Source of the DNA: Selaginella moellendorffii
Taxonomy: Eukaryota; Plantae; Lycopodiophyta
Direction: 5' to 3'
Assembly: GCF_000143415.4 (NCBI RefSeq)
Contig: NW_003314267.1
Location: forward strand, 1,624,100 to 1,688,099
DNA: 64,000 nucleotides
In this document: positions 1-11,725 of the stretch, one piece after another
How positions within the stretch are numbered: the first letter of the stretch is position 1
Layout of the letters: each line of letters starts with the position of its first letter
Position numbers and translations under genes: made by a program
Notes under the pieces: model-generated
Told to the model about the DNA's origin: nothing
Seen by the model: the letters and a program-made list of their open reading frames with translations, nothing else
Databases searched by the model: none

Positions 1-3000
1 CGGACGTGGATAGAACCGCCGTGGGGAGCTTGATGTTCACGTTGACGGATGGAGGCGCTGTAGGCGCAGGATATGCAAACAAAGCGGGCTTCGCATCGGA
101 GATGATGTCAAACTTCGGCATCCTCAGCTCGTGGTTGAGTCCGATGAATGCTGTTGGTGCGAAAGAGAGGCTGACGAAGTAGGTCAGCGGGTACCAGTAC
201 CAAAACTGGGTGAAAACGGCCATCCCCACGACTGCCATCACCCGGTCGTGACCAGTTCGCGACTGCAGAGATATGGTCACATTCCTGCCTCCGGCATCTA
301 GTATACCATACGCCAGTATGGCTCCCATCTTGCTCATCGTGTCCTCGTGTTTGTCACTAACAATTTTGTCGAGTTGACGCCTGCGAGAGGAACATCACTT
401 CTAAGCGTTATACTGCAAATAGCTGACAAACCTGAAAACAGAAACGTGAGGCTCTCGGGCTTCGGTAGCCTGCATCAGAACCATCGCCATAGCCATAAGT
501 GCTCCCTGGCGAACAAAGTCCACAGCGTCTGACGTCAAAGGTTCCAGAAGCGAGATCGCCTCACTGGACGCAGTTCCAGCACAGGAGATTCCGACAGCCA
601 TAGCCGCGCCATAACGAACGTGAGCGTTGTACGACTCCGACAAAAGGGAGACAATTTTTGGAGTCTAAGAAAAAAAGAAAATATTAGACGTCGTCATACG
701 CAAGAGAAATTGTGAATCTTACCTGAGTAGGATCAGAACATAGCACGAATCCAAGAGCTAAAACTGCTGCTCTTCGGACATCGTCACTCACGTCCGAAAC
801 GGCAAAATGCAGCAGACGGCGGATAGCACTGTTGTTAGACGTGCCTCTATAAGCCAGAGCCAGGGCGTACATGCCACCATAGCGAAGAATAGGATCCTGA
901 TCCCTTGTCATCTGCTCGATCAAAGTATCTGCTTCTTCTTCACGACCATAGACAACCAGCGCTATTCCAAGAGCCAGCCCCCTTATAATCTTCTCGTGTT
1001 GTGTATCGTGAGCGTACGTGAGCATTTCTCCGGCTTTATCGCTGGCGCTTCCAACCATAAGCAGACCCATAGCAATCCCTGCCGCCTCGCCAGCGATGGC
1101 GCTGTCTGTATACAGTACATGTTTTATGTCTTCGTAGATTTCATCGTCGGCAGTGCCCAGTGCGGCTAGTCCTAATCCAAGACAAGCACCATGTTGGATC
1201 ACCTGCATCACAAGTACCAAAACATTATTTACAAACGTCTTACTCAGAATGACGCTTACCTCATTGTTTGTCTTTCTCAAGCTCTCTAGTAAGAACGACT
1301 TGATTCCTTCACCGTGGTTAGCATGTATTAGTCCTAAAGCGTAAAGAGCTCCACCTTCCGAGTATGGACTTCCCCCACCAGTCCCACCATCTTGAGGTAG
1401 ATATGGGGCCATTAAAGAGCGGCCCTGCTGCAAATGACCTCTGTGAATAACACCCAGCCCAGCCGTTGCACTAAACTTTGCCCAATTGGTGGCCCGACTC
1501 AGCCAATCCTAACGATATGCTCTTCAATCAGCCGCAGCATTAACAACAAAAAAAGAACGCTCACCAGATTATCGCGCAAAAACGTATCCACTGTTGTCCC
1601 CGCATGCATCAAAGCATTTGAGTATATTGTAGCGCTGTGACAAACACTGTTTCTCGTTTCAACTGAATGCTTGATAGTCTTCAGAATAAGGAGGTCCGAC
1701 CTGAAAACATAGCAGGCATAAGAATCGAGAAAGATAACAGTGGTCTTACTTGTTACGGCTGTATAAAAACTGTAATGTGAGATTGATAGGTGTTTCTCCA
1801 GAAAGAATGCCCTTCAATTTCCCCATCCTGTCGACATAGATATTATCCTGGGAATCCTCGACGTTAGTGGCTGCTTCTGCACTTGTTGAAACGTCCATCA
1901 TTCCGTTTTGTTCTGTAGTTTCCGTATTTTCACCCCCGCCTGAACTACTTCCAGCCCGAGCCTCAGGCAAACGGTCCCTCACGTTTAGTAGGAACAGCTG
2001 ATTCTCGTTCTCAAACAAATCGAAGGCGATCTGATAAGCCAAAAGTGCTTCGATCTGCCAATACGAGTAAGAACTTCAGTATCAACGTTACCGGAAGCAT
2101 TATTACCTTGTCTCCTTTGATAAGCTTGTCAAGGATATTAGCGACAGTTTGAGGATCATTTAGAAACATTAGGCACTGGCAGACTGTGAGATAGTCCGGA
2201 GAATGGAGCCCCTGATGCTGGTTTACAATTAAACGGAGAACCTAGTCAAAGAAAAGGAAGAAAAGATAGAAAAGGTTAGAGCTGAGTATGACAACACGGC
2301 TCGTTCACCTCTTGCCGAAACTCTCGCTTGTCAACATGAGTCCGAGCCAGCCGAAAGCAGTATGCAAGCATTCCTGGCACATTCTCACTCTTCCGGATGG
2401 CCTCCTGGAGTTTGTCAAGCCTTTGCGAGTCCAATGCCATGCCTATTGCCTGCTGATACTTTCTGTCCTGCATGCACCTAAGACGACACACGGTAAAAAA
2501 AATGACCAAAGACTCGCAGCAATGCCAGCTCACTTGTCAAGCATCCTTTCCACGATTGCAACAAGGCGAGGATCAATGGCGGTTGCCCCTTCCCCTTCTC
2601 GTGTTTTTCGAAGAGCGATATATTGATCCAGGCATTTGGCTAAGAACAAAAGGATCAAACTCCATTCGCAGAAGAACGAGAAATAAAATTGCCATACCCA
2701 CGAGTGTTCTGACATAGTCGGAGTCTTCCAGAACATCGAACAGAGAGTTCGCACCGAGAGCGTAAGTTAGCGAGTCGTTGTGCTCGCCCAAATAATAGAA
2801 CACCTAGAAACCGGTGTTAGAAAATTCCGCAGCTAGTAGCAAAATTCGCTCACCTTGGAAGCCACAAGCGCAGCGAGCTCTCTCTGCTCGAAATACTCAT
2901 CCTCGTAGAAGCTCTCGCTGCCAGGGCACAGGATTTGTGAGAGATCTAAACGTGAGCTACAAACGCTTACATAGTGGAAATGCTTGCCGAAATCTCGTGC

Positions 3001-3110
3001 CAGAAGGAATCCGCCAGAGAGTTGAGATTGTGCAGCGCGTATTTCTTGAGCTGCGGCTGCTGCTCCTGCAGCATCGCCAACAGGCCGCTCGCCGTGCTGG
3101 CGACCGTCAT
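1..3110 (-). CDS. RPN2: 26S proteasome non-ATPase regulatory subunit RPN2/PSMD1, multi-exon, 3' end runs off the window start
   Basis: ATG at 3110 reads [30 protein letters not shown]. Later exons give [27 protein letters not shown], the PC-repeat motifs [22 protein letters not shown] and [23 protein letters not shown], and [11 protein letters not shown]-like sequence near 190. Introns are GT-AG. Confidence 0.97.
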
Positions 3111-3172
3111 CGTTGCTCCTCCCACCAAACCCTAGGGGACCCAAGAACCCTAAAAACACAATTTACTGCTAA
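3111..3172. promoter_or_regulatory. 62-bp bidirectional intergenic interval with telo-box motifs
   Basis: Lies between opposing ATGs at 3110 (-) and 3173 (+). Contains AAACCCTA at ~3127 and AACCCTAAAA at ~3146. Confidence 0.65.
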
Positions 3173-5166
3173 ATGTCCTTCCTCCGGGCCGACGATGCGG
3201 AGTGGATGCGCGAGCTGCCCGCGATCCCAAAGGCGCCGGCGGCCGCCACGACTCGATGCTTCGCGAGGTGAGGTCCCACATTTCTCTGGATCGATCGGCG
3301 CATCGCGATTTCTTTTTGGATTGCGCAGGCGCGGCAAAGTGATTCGGCTGGATGACCTCGTTGTGGACAACGATAAGGAGAAGCGGCAGAAGGAGCAAAA
3401 GAAGAAGCGGCGAGATGAGAGTAGCGAGAGCTCGGATGATGACGACGATGCCGCGACCGAGAGCCAGAAGAAGCTCGCGGCGCTCATCAAGAAATGCTCC
3501 GACGAGGTATAGGAGGGAAAGAAAAATTTCGTGGCTCTCACAAGAAATTCTTCCGGCGCAGCTAGGAGATGAATCCAGCATGAGAGATGCTCCAAAGTGG
3601 GGAGAGCAAGTTTTTGGAGCTCAGGTAATCTCACAAAGTTCTCTCTTTCTTTGTTCGTCTGTGCTAACTTTTTCTCTACGCAGGATCTTCCAGTGAGTCG
3701 TCTCGAGCTGGAGTCTATCCAATGGCTATCACTGGCCTCAAGGACTTCGCGTAGGGACCAAGCTAGCGAGGACGACGGTATATTTTTCCCAAGTGTAAGC
3801 TAGTCATTCTATCGATATTCTTGCGTCCAGGGGAAGAGTTTGTGCTGGATCTCCTTACCGGACAGTGGATGTTGCCGCTCTTTCTTCACGGAAAGAGCGG
3901 CAACATCTCTTCTGCTCTTCTGCCATACATCTTTGACAAAAGTAAGCTTTTGTTTTGGCCAGTTTCTCTCGCTGACGCCTTGAACAGTGGCGTACTCTTC
4001 GAATACGCGCATCCAGCAAGCAGCCTGCTCACTGCTTTGCGAATACTTTCGTAAGCACGTAAGTATCTGTTGTCTTGTGTTTTTCTCTTTGAAACTATTA
4101 TTTCTTTCTCCAGGGCGGTGAACTAGACTGGCACCCAGATTTTGTTCGGGTTCTTCGTTGTTATGGCTATCAAGACGCTACTCCTCAGGCTTCAGGTCTG
4201 ATCCTGCCCCTTTGATAATAAATTAAAGAAAGCGATTTTCAGATCCCGCGGGAGCAATTGGACCACCTACAAATTTTTCATATGTTCTAGAGTTCTTGGC
4301 GGTTTTGTCTCGATCAAGGTGAAATCTCTTGTCCTTGATCCAGCTCCCGTCTTACTGACGCGTTTTGATTCATCAGTTTCTTGCAGAAGTCGGAACCTGA
4401 GAATTATATTTTCATCTTGGCACGGTGTTTGCTGGATAGGAAGCTCCTTCCTTTTTTCTCCTCGATCCAAGACTGCATCGCGCTTCTTGTCAACTACTTA
4501 ACCGAGGATGAGTGGACGTTTTGCCTACCGAGGCTCGCACACTCGCTTGCAAGGTCTGGAAAAAATTATATCCATCTCTCTAAAGTTCTAACACTTGCGA
4601 GTTTGGACGATCCAGAGTTAGCAAAGAGCTTGTTAACGTCCTCCACGTAACCAGAAAGCTACGGGGTGCTCGCAAACGGATACAGCAGCTTCGAAGGGAA
4701 ATATCCTTCGAGCTCTTGTCAATGACAAACAATGAGGTATTCATCCTGCAAATTAAACAAGAGAATACAAGAAAACTGACAGCTTTCGCGTTCTCCAGCT
4801 TGAAAGGCAGCCAAAACAGGTGATCTTCGCACTGGAAGGCTACGATCTAAAAGACAGTGTGGATTTCGTCCAGCTCTATTACCATATGGAGTTGGTTGAT
4901 ATGTGGCTGAGGTATGATCCATCATTTAAGTCCGACGAGGAAGCCTTTAGCACTTGGATGTCTCTTTTGAGAGGCTTTTCCTTGCGGATCTTTTGTGGAG
5001 ACTATCGAACTTTCGCCAACAAGGTTCTAGCTCTTGGGCATTTCTCTACATATTCCTCTTCGTTCTTTGTTTTTTTCTTTTTTTTTTTTCTTTTCCTGCG
5101 CAGGTCCGAAATCGAGCAGCATTCCTCGTTTCAATCTATTCGGAGAAATCAAGTTCTACTTCGTGA
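3173..5166 (+). CDS. Conserved plant helical protein, 12 exons; possibly SLF2/FAM178 (CANIN, SMC5/6 Nse6-like) family
   Basis: Phase-consistent GT-AG model: exon 1 3173-3267, exon 2 3329-3506, and so on to stop 5166. Translation includes RRGKVIRLDDL, WGEQVFG, MAYSS..QQAAC, GPPTN, ARCLLDRKL..IQDCIALLVNYLTEDEW and DYRTFANKVRNRAAFL. The gene itself is solid; the family assignment is from recalled motif similarity. Confidence 0.75.
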
Positions 5167-5518
5167 TTTAAATCGGTGATCTCCACTAGAGAAGAATTCA
5201 TTTTTGTGGAGCTATCACGCGGAGAAGTAAATCTCCACGTTTTTGTGAATGCTTCAAAATTTGAAGAAACTCCTTGAGTGTATCCTCTCTTTTTTTTTTC
5301 TCTAAATTGGATTTTCCTTATTATTCGTCGGAAAAAAAAAACAAGAAAAAAAAAACGCACAAAAGATCTGCAAGGAGAAAACTCTGAAAAGAGGCATCCA
5401 AGTGTTAAAGGCTTCCTCATCGGACTCAAACAATATCAGCTAAGCTATCATAAAAATGTGGTGTTCCCGTTAGGGCAGCCGATAGCAGCTCTTTTCTTCA
5501 CGGTCTTCGTGAGCAGCC

Positions 5519-6946
5519 ATGGTCCCCGAGCCCACTCATAGCAGAGGCGAGGACGGCGAGAAGCTCGAGGAGGCATGGCGTATCGCCATGGATTTGTTCC
5601 TCGAGTGGGACGAGGAGCTCCCACTCGCCTGGAAAGCTTTTCTCCAGTACCCCAAGCCGCTGCCACAGCTCCCCCAGCAAGTCATCGACACATACGCCGC
5701 CGTCTCTCCGCCGCCACTCCCCGAGCTCTGCCCGCTAGACTTCGAGATGCGCTGCTGGGGTTCCTTCAAGCACGACATGGATCGCTGGCTGGACGAGCAG
5801 CCGGACGACGAGCAACGCCTGGCTCCGCCACCTTGTCCCGCATCAAACTTCCGCGACGTCCTGAGCTCCATGCTCCATATGTCTGGACAGATCGAAGGCG
5901 TCTGCTGTGCGGCTCTGGGATGCTACCCCGACTTCATGAACCGAGATCGTTCTTGTGATTCTGGGCGTAGGATGCGGCTGGTTGGCGTCATGGCCATGGA
6001 GATCGATGCCACGACACTGGAGATTCAAGTTGCGCGGCTATACTCCTATATGCTGCTCACCGATTGCTACTTCGGCCTTGTCTCGTGCTACACCCAGACC
6101 TTTGCTTGCAAGAGGCTGCCGGGGTTGGAGAGATGCGTGTGGGTCTCGCCTCCAGTTCTCTCCGACAGTGGCGACGCGCTCAAGGCCTGTGCTTTTGTGG
6201 CTTCGCTGAGCCAGAGCTTTTCCCTTGTAGAAACTCCAACTCCCCCAGAGCTCCGAGTTCCAACGTACTGCAACTTCTTCTTTGCGAGCAGCACGGGGCC
6301 TTGCCCGTTTGATCGCGCGCCGATCCTTGCAAGGCTCCGGGTGCTGGGGAAGGAGCTGAGTGTCGCAGACATGGACAAGCTCGTCGAGGGGCTTGCATGG
6401 CTGGATGAGCTCGTGGGGCGAATGGAGCAGCCTTCGTTCTTTTCGCACACTCGGGGAAGGATCACAGCTATGGGGGTGTACAAGGGCGAGTTCGTGCTTG
6501 TCAAGTTCCGGGATCTCTCAAACAGCCGGTTCAAGGACACGGACTCGTACCTCCGGAAGTTCTTGCGCGAGGTGGACGTGTATATGAGGCTGCGCGAGTT
6601 GCAAGGCGAAGTGATCCCCGAGCTGTTCCAGTATGGATTCATCAGGGGGGCGATGGTGTGCTTCGTGATCATCACGGATCACGGCCGCGCCGTGAGAATG
6701 AAACCATGGGAGCAGCGTTTCTACAATGGTCCCGAGCTGTGGGAGCACAAGAGTAGCATGGTGAAGTCGTGCTTGCGCAGGGTTCATGCTCTCGGGGTGC
6801 ACTTTGGGGGAGAGCCCCTGTGGCTGAAAAGTGATCGAGGGTGTGAGTATATACTCATGACTATGTCGCATGGTTTTGTGGATGGTGATCGTGCCGGCAT
6901 GGGCAAGGATATTGAGTTCGTTAACAAGGTATACCCTCAGCCATGA
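5519..6946 (+). CDS. Intronless Crinkler/CR-type protein: degenerate restriction-endonuclease-like domain plus C-terminal kinase-fold (pseudokinase), 475 aa
   Basis: QVARLYSYMLLTDCYFGLVSCYTQTFACKR resembles the Q..YM...YG.L..Y..T.F.KR signature of CR REase-kinase proteins. VLVKF and EVDVYMRLRELQGEVIPELFQYG are kinase N-lobe motifs. The catalytic loop reads HALGVHFGG and there is no DFG. Confidence 0.7.
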   Translation: MVPEPTHSRGEDGEKLEEAWRIAMDLFLEWDEELPLAWKAFLQYPKPLPQLPQQVIDTYAAVSPPPLPELCPLDFEMRCWGSFKHDMDRWLDEQPDDEQRLAPPPCPASNFRDVLSSMLHMSGQIEGVCCAALGCYPDFMNRDRSCDSGRRMRLVGVMAMEIDATTLEIQVARLYSYMLLTDCYFGLVSCYTQTFACKRLPGLERCVWVSPPVLSDSGDALKACAFVASLSQSFSLVETPTPPELRVPTYCNFFFASSTGPCPFDRAPILARLRVLGKELSVADMDKLVEGLAWLDELVGRMEQPSFFSHTRGRITAMGVYKGEFVLVKFRDLSNSRFKDTDSYLRKFLREVDVYMRLRELQGEVIPELFQYGFIRGAMVCFVIITDHGRAVRMKPWEQRFYNGPELWEHKSSMVKSCLRRVHALGVHFGGEPLWLKSDRGCEYILMTMSHGFVDGDRAGMGKDIEFVNKVYPQP

Positions 6947-7093
6947 GAGTACTCGGACTGTTTTGCGAGATTTATAAGCTCAAAAACTATGTGCCGCCTA
7001 GTCAAATAAAGTCAATGCAAATTAAAAAAATTCCACCTTTTGGAGTCTTTATTCTTCTTTTGGAGTCGGATATTGATAATAATTATTTCAAAT

Positions 7094-8920
7094 TTAAATA
7101 TTCACAAAGAGCGCACTTAGTGATACTTCATCGGCCACGAAAGGCATTGTTGCAGCAAGCTCCATGGCCTCCTCCGCGCGCCCTGCCCTCGCAAGCACGT
7201 CCACGTATCGATTGAAGTGCTCGAGGCTGGCCTGGATGCCTCCATCCCCTTGCATCGACGCCACACACTGCGCCGCCTCCTCCACAAGCCCGGCGTGGGC
7301 AAATGCCGCCAACGCACTCAGGTAGCTTGCGCCGCTAGGGCTCCATCCCTCGAGCTCCATCGCTCGCAAAGCGCTCACGCAAAGATCCACCCGGCCATTG
7401 CGCGCATATCCCTCGATCATCGCGTTCCAGGAGGTGAGATCGTGGCGAAACTGGAGCCCAGAAAAGAGCCGCTCCGCCGTGTCCAAATGCCCATTCGCGG
7501 CGCTTGCGACGATCATTGCGTTTGCGGCAGCCGCGTCTCTGTGAGGCATTCGAGAGAAGAAATTTACGGCCTCTTCCCACGACTTACTCTCGCCAAATCC
7601 CGCGATCATGGTGTTCCACGACACAATGTTTCTATCTCTCATCTCATCAAACAAATCTTTGGCTATGTGCATATCTCCCCTCTCGGCTAATGCCGCTAGC
7701 ATCATGTTCCAACACACTGTCGGCGCACGCTCCTTGATCCCCTCGAATATCCTCTCCGCGCCGTACGCGTCGCCATGGCGGAGATACGCTTGGACCAGCG
7801 TGGTCTCGACCACCGCGTCCCGTACGGGCATCTGATTGAACAACCACTGGGCTTGCGCCACGCGTCCAGCTAGAGCATATGCCGAGAGCATCGCCTTCCA
7901 CGCCACGGTATTCCACTGGGGCATCCGCGCGTGTGTGTTCTTGGCGGATTCCAGGCGGCCGTGGTGAGCGAATGAGGAGATCATCGCCGCCCAGCAAACA
8001 AGATCCCGGCACGGCAATGCATCGAAGAGCTCCTTGGCGCGGATCAATCGGCCGGACAGCGCAGTTGCGACGATGACACAGGTCCAGGGCGCGGCTCCCT
8101 GCTGCGGCATTCGCTCGATAATCCCCTCCGCTCGATCGATCCTGCCACCGCCCGCCAGCGCCGCGACGATCGCGTTCCAGGCGGCGGGATTTCGCTGCGG
8201 CATCGCGTCGAAAATCTCCATGGCCAGCTCCGGCATCGCGCTCTTTGCGACAAGATCCATCATCGCCGTCCAGGAAACAGTGCTGCGCTCCGGCATCGAG
8301 TGGAAGACGGCGCTGGCGCGGTCGAAATCCCCGATGCCGGCATAGGCCTGGAAGATCGAGTTCCAGGACACGAGATCCTGCGCGGGCATCCTCAAGAACA
8401 TATCAGCGGCCGTTTCCACCTGGCCAGCGCTGGCGAATGCCGTGATCATCGTCGTCCAGGAGACGATATTTCGCCCTGGCATCGATAGAAACGCTTGGTC
8501 CGCGTGATCGACGCAGCCGCCGTGCGAGAAGGCGAGGATCAGAGCGTTCCAAGACGCGACGCTCGGGTCGGGGATCTGATCAAACAGCCACATTGCATTC
8601 TCCATTTGCCCTTGCCGGGCAAATGCCGCAAGGAGGGAGTTCCAAGACACCAAGTCTCTCTGGGGCATCTTGTCCAGAAACTCTCTGGCGGTGTCTAAGA
8701 AACCTAGCTGCGCGTATGCCGTGATCATAGAGTTCCAGGATACCTCGTTACGGAGCTCCATGGAATCAAAGAGGGATTTGGACCACTGGAGATTCCCGCT
8801 TTGGGCATATGACGTTAGGAGAATATTCAACGCCTTTGTGCTGCGCCTATGTCCCGGCATTGGATTTTCATTGAGTGGAAGAGCGTTGAGGATTTCCTTC
8901 TCCGTGTGATAGCTCCGCAA
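7094..8920 (-). CDS. Pentatricopeptide repeat protein (PLS/Selaginella-type short repeats, partial E domain, no DYW)
   Basis: 608-aa intronless ORF with many ~31-aa repeats (e.g. FDSMELRNEVSWNSMITAYAQ.G). C-terminus EHFNRYVDVLARAGRAEEAMELAATMPFVAD is E-motif-like. True start codon uncertain. Confidence 0.93.
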   Translation of the reverse strand: MRSYHTEKEILNALPLNENPMPGHRRSTKALNILLTSYAQSGNLQWSKSLFDSMELRNEVSWNSMITAYAQLGFLDTAREFLDKMPQRDLVSWNSLLAAFARQGQMENAMWLFDQIPDPSVASWNALILAFSHGGCVDHADQAFLSMPGRNIVSWTTMITAFASAGQVETAADMFLRMPAQDLVSWNSIFQAYAGIGDFDRASAVFHSMPERSTVSWTAMMDLVAKSAMPELAMEIFDAMPQRNPAAWNAIVAALAGGGRIDRAEGIIERMPQQGAAPWTCVIVATALSGRLIRAKELFDALPCRDLVCWAAMISSFAHHGRLESAKNTHARMPQWNTVAWKAMLSAYALAGRVAQAQWLFNQMPVRDAVVETTLVQAYLRHGDAYGAERIFEGIKERAPTVCWNMMLAALAERGDMHIAKDLFDEMRDRNIVSWNTMIAGFGESKSWEEAVNFFSRMPHRDAAAANAMIVASAANGHLDTAERLFSGLQFRHDLTSWNAMIEGYARNGRVDLCVSALRAMELEGWSPSGASYLSALAAFAHAGLVEEAAQCVASMQGDGGIQASLEHFNRYVDVLARAGRAEEAMELAATMPFVADEVSLSALFVNI

Positions 8921-9459
8921 AAATCAAACAATGAATTCTTCTCTAGCAAAAACCTTAAATGAGTTTGATTTTTCCGAATAGATTGAAAGGAGGAATGCTG
9001 CTCGATTTCGGACCTGCCCAGGAGAGTAGAAAAGAAAAACGACGAGAAGCATGTAAGACGCAGAGAAATGCAAAAACCTTGTTGGCGAAAGTTCGATAGT
9101 CTCCACAAAAGATCCCTCTCTTCCTCATCGATCATATCTCAAAACCAGCTCTATACCTGGACGAAATCCACAGTCTTTAAGATCGCAGCCTTCCAGTGTG
9201 AAGATCATCAGTGTTAAAACTCTAGAAAGCTGGAAATAATTTTTCAGAGCTGGAAATAAGTTTTCCAGACCTTGCGAGCGAGTGTGCGAGCACTCATCCT
9301 CGGTTAAGTAGTTGACAAGAAGCACGATGCAGTAAATAGAGGAGAAAAAAGGAAAGATGAAACTATTCTCAGGTTCCGACTTCTGCAAGAAACTGATGAA
9401 TCAAAACTAATAAAGAGAAATACTAGTTTAGTTCGGAAAAAATACGCCATCGTCCTCTA
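8885..9459 (-). pseudogene. Inverted, internally deleted copy of the 3' half of the 3173-5166 gene (introns retained)
   Basis: Reverse complement matches ~4365-5235 (QKSEPEN, LLVNYLTEDE, QVRNRAAFL) plus a piece of ~3765-3810 next to the hAT insertion. Confidence 0.9.
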
Positions 9460-11725
9460 CATAGTTGCAGCTAGACGTGCAAACGTTCCAACTTGTCAAC
9501 GTTTAAGTGCTGTTTAAAACGTTTTTTTCAGGACAATCCAATGTTTACATGTTAAAGCCTAAAATGATTAAGAAAACAATAATATTTACTAAAGACACTT
9601 TAATCTGATATTAAGTTTATAAAACCTAACCAAATAACATACTAAAACAAATGAAAGAAGAAGCCATTTTAGTTGTCTTTCGATTTTGAATCATCTTCCA
9701 TTCCTTTATCGATGCTAAACTCCTCAGTAGCCTGATTTGGTTCCTCAAAAGCTTCTTGTAGATCCAAAATCCTCTTCCAAGGAGGCTCCAACTCTAGCTT
9801 GTCTATATCAATCTCCAACATCCTCAAACCTTCACTCTCCAACTTCTGAGCAACCTGGAAGTTTGTGTGAATGTAAACCAACTTCTCAGCATTTTTGGGA
9901 AGCAAGTGGGACCTGTGCTTTGTTTGTATCAAGCTTCATGAGCTCTAATTCCTCTCACATGGAGAAGCGCAAACAACCTAGCTTAAAATCTGGAGAGCCA
10001 TGCGACGTAGATTAAGCATCTCTAAACCAAAAGAACTCCACCAGGTTATTGGAAACTTTCTGGTCTCCCAATCCTTGGCAGTAGGTAACCTCATTTGCTG
10101 TCCAAGCTGTTGCCAAAACCTCTCAAACTATGCCTGCAATCTCAGCTGCAAGTCTAGATCACCTCTACTATAAACATGCATGTACTCCAGCCAGTTCCAG
10201 CGTGCCTCATTGTCTAGCTTGTTGTTCTCCGGGTTATCCCCCAAAAACAGAGGATGAAGAGCAAAAGCAGCTCCATGAATGACGTTGTGCATTTGATACC
10301 ACCTTGCCTCCTTCAGACCGTGTGATTCAAGTAGGAAATCCTTGATTTGTCCCACTTCCTCATGTGCATAAATTCTGTTTCGAGCTCCCTCATCCATCTT
10401 CTCGATCAGCCGATCAACAGCTTCAAAGATGAGGCCTGAAGTTGCCCCCTTCTGATCAGCAAGCCGAAGAACTCAAAGTAAAGGTCCGAGCAAAATTAAC
10501 AAATTCTCACACTGCTCCCAGAACGAGTCATCGAGAATATGAGATCACAACTCCAAGCCTCCGGCTTCTTAGACCAGTCAAGTCGCTCCCATTCTTGGCT
10601 CACCACCATTCTTCGAAGCCCGGAGAGATTCGTGGTCTCCAGAAGCTGAAACATCACAAGAAAAATATAAGCAAACCTCATGTTCATAGGCTTTATCAGG
10701 TCCTGTTTGTAGAAAGTTCTATAAAGAGCTAGAACCCATGGCTTTGAGGTGATGAAGGTAACTGTCTTCGCATGGCCATCGACGAAAGGCTGCACCCAAG
10801 ACAGAGCTCCAATATCTTCGAACAGCAAGTCCATAACGTGGCAAACACAGCAAAGGTGTACAATCTGTGGAAACTCCTGCTGCAAAAGCTCCCCCATGAC
10901 CACGCAGTTGCTTGCATTGTCTGTCACCACCTGCACAATGTTTTCCATGCCAACCTCAGCAATCACTTGTTTCAGCTGCTCAAACAACCATGCTCCGGTT
11001 TTCTTCGCGTTCTTGCTGTCCATAGCCTTCAGGAAAATTAAGCCTCTCACAGAACTGACCATGAACTTGATAAGAGACCGCTTCTTGACATCATACCAGC
11101 CATCCGTGACAATGGTACAACCATATGTCCTCTAACTTGCCGCACATCTTCAAGCCGCTTCTGAACGTTGTTGTAGATTTGCTGTAGCTCAGTTGTCTGC
11201 AACTTCTCATATCCCATGAGGTTGTCAATCGCTGGATGCCCCACTTTTGCGCCTCAGCTGAAGCAGTATCAAAAAATGTCACCAAATTTCCATCCGAGGA
11301 TTTGCATTTTGCTGCTCTACTTGTCCCAGCACTGGACCAGTTCTCCGTGCTTGCCACCATAGATTCTACTGGCCCCCCTGAACCCTGTGCAGCTTGCTGC
11401 AGCAGATGCCCATCATCGGCATTTGCTGGGTCTGCTAGCTCGGAATCAGAAAAACTGCTGCAAGCTTTTTTAAAAACCTCATAAAGGATCTCCCTCATTG
11501 CCTTCCACGTTTTCACACCTCTTGCCCGAACTCCAGCGAGATGTGCTTGCACTCGGTCCGCTGCTTCCAGCTCCAGCATTCGTGCAATTCCCTGAAGAAA
11601 CCCTAAAGAAACCCTAAAGAAACCTTTGTCTCTTTTCGCAAATAGTGCAAACACGTTGGGAGTTTAGAACGGCGTGTTTAAAAACGTTACGTTTTTTAAG
11701 TTTCACATGTTTTCCGGCAACTATG
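9460..11725 (-). mobile_element. hAT-family DNA transposon with a defective transposase (DUF659/RNase H-like core plus hAT dimerisation domain)
   Basis: TIRs CATAGTTGC (9460-9468) and GCAACTATG (11717-11725). Perfect 8-bp TSD GTCCTCTA (9452-9459, 11726-11733). AAACGT subterminal motifs. Minus-strand fragments ENIVQVVTDNASNC, CVCHVMDLLFEDIG, IHGAAFALHP and QTKHRSHLLPKNAEKLVYIH are broken by stops and frameshifts. Confidence 0.95.

Noticed and set aside
7117-8909. Many overlapping antisense and alternate-frame ORFs over the PPR gene (likewise over the kinases and the 5519-6946 gene)
   Set aside because: These are shadow ORFs of GC-rich coding sequence with no recognisable motifs.
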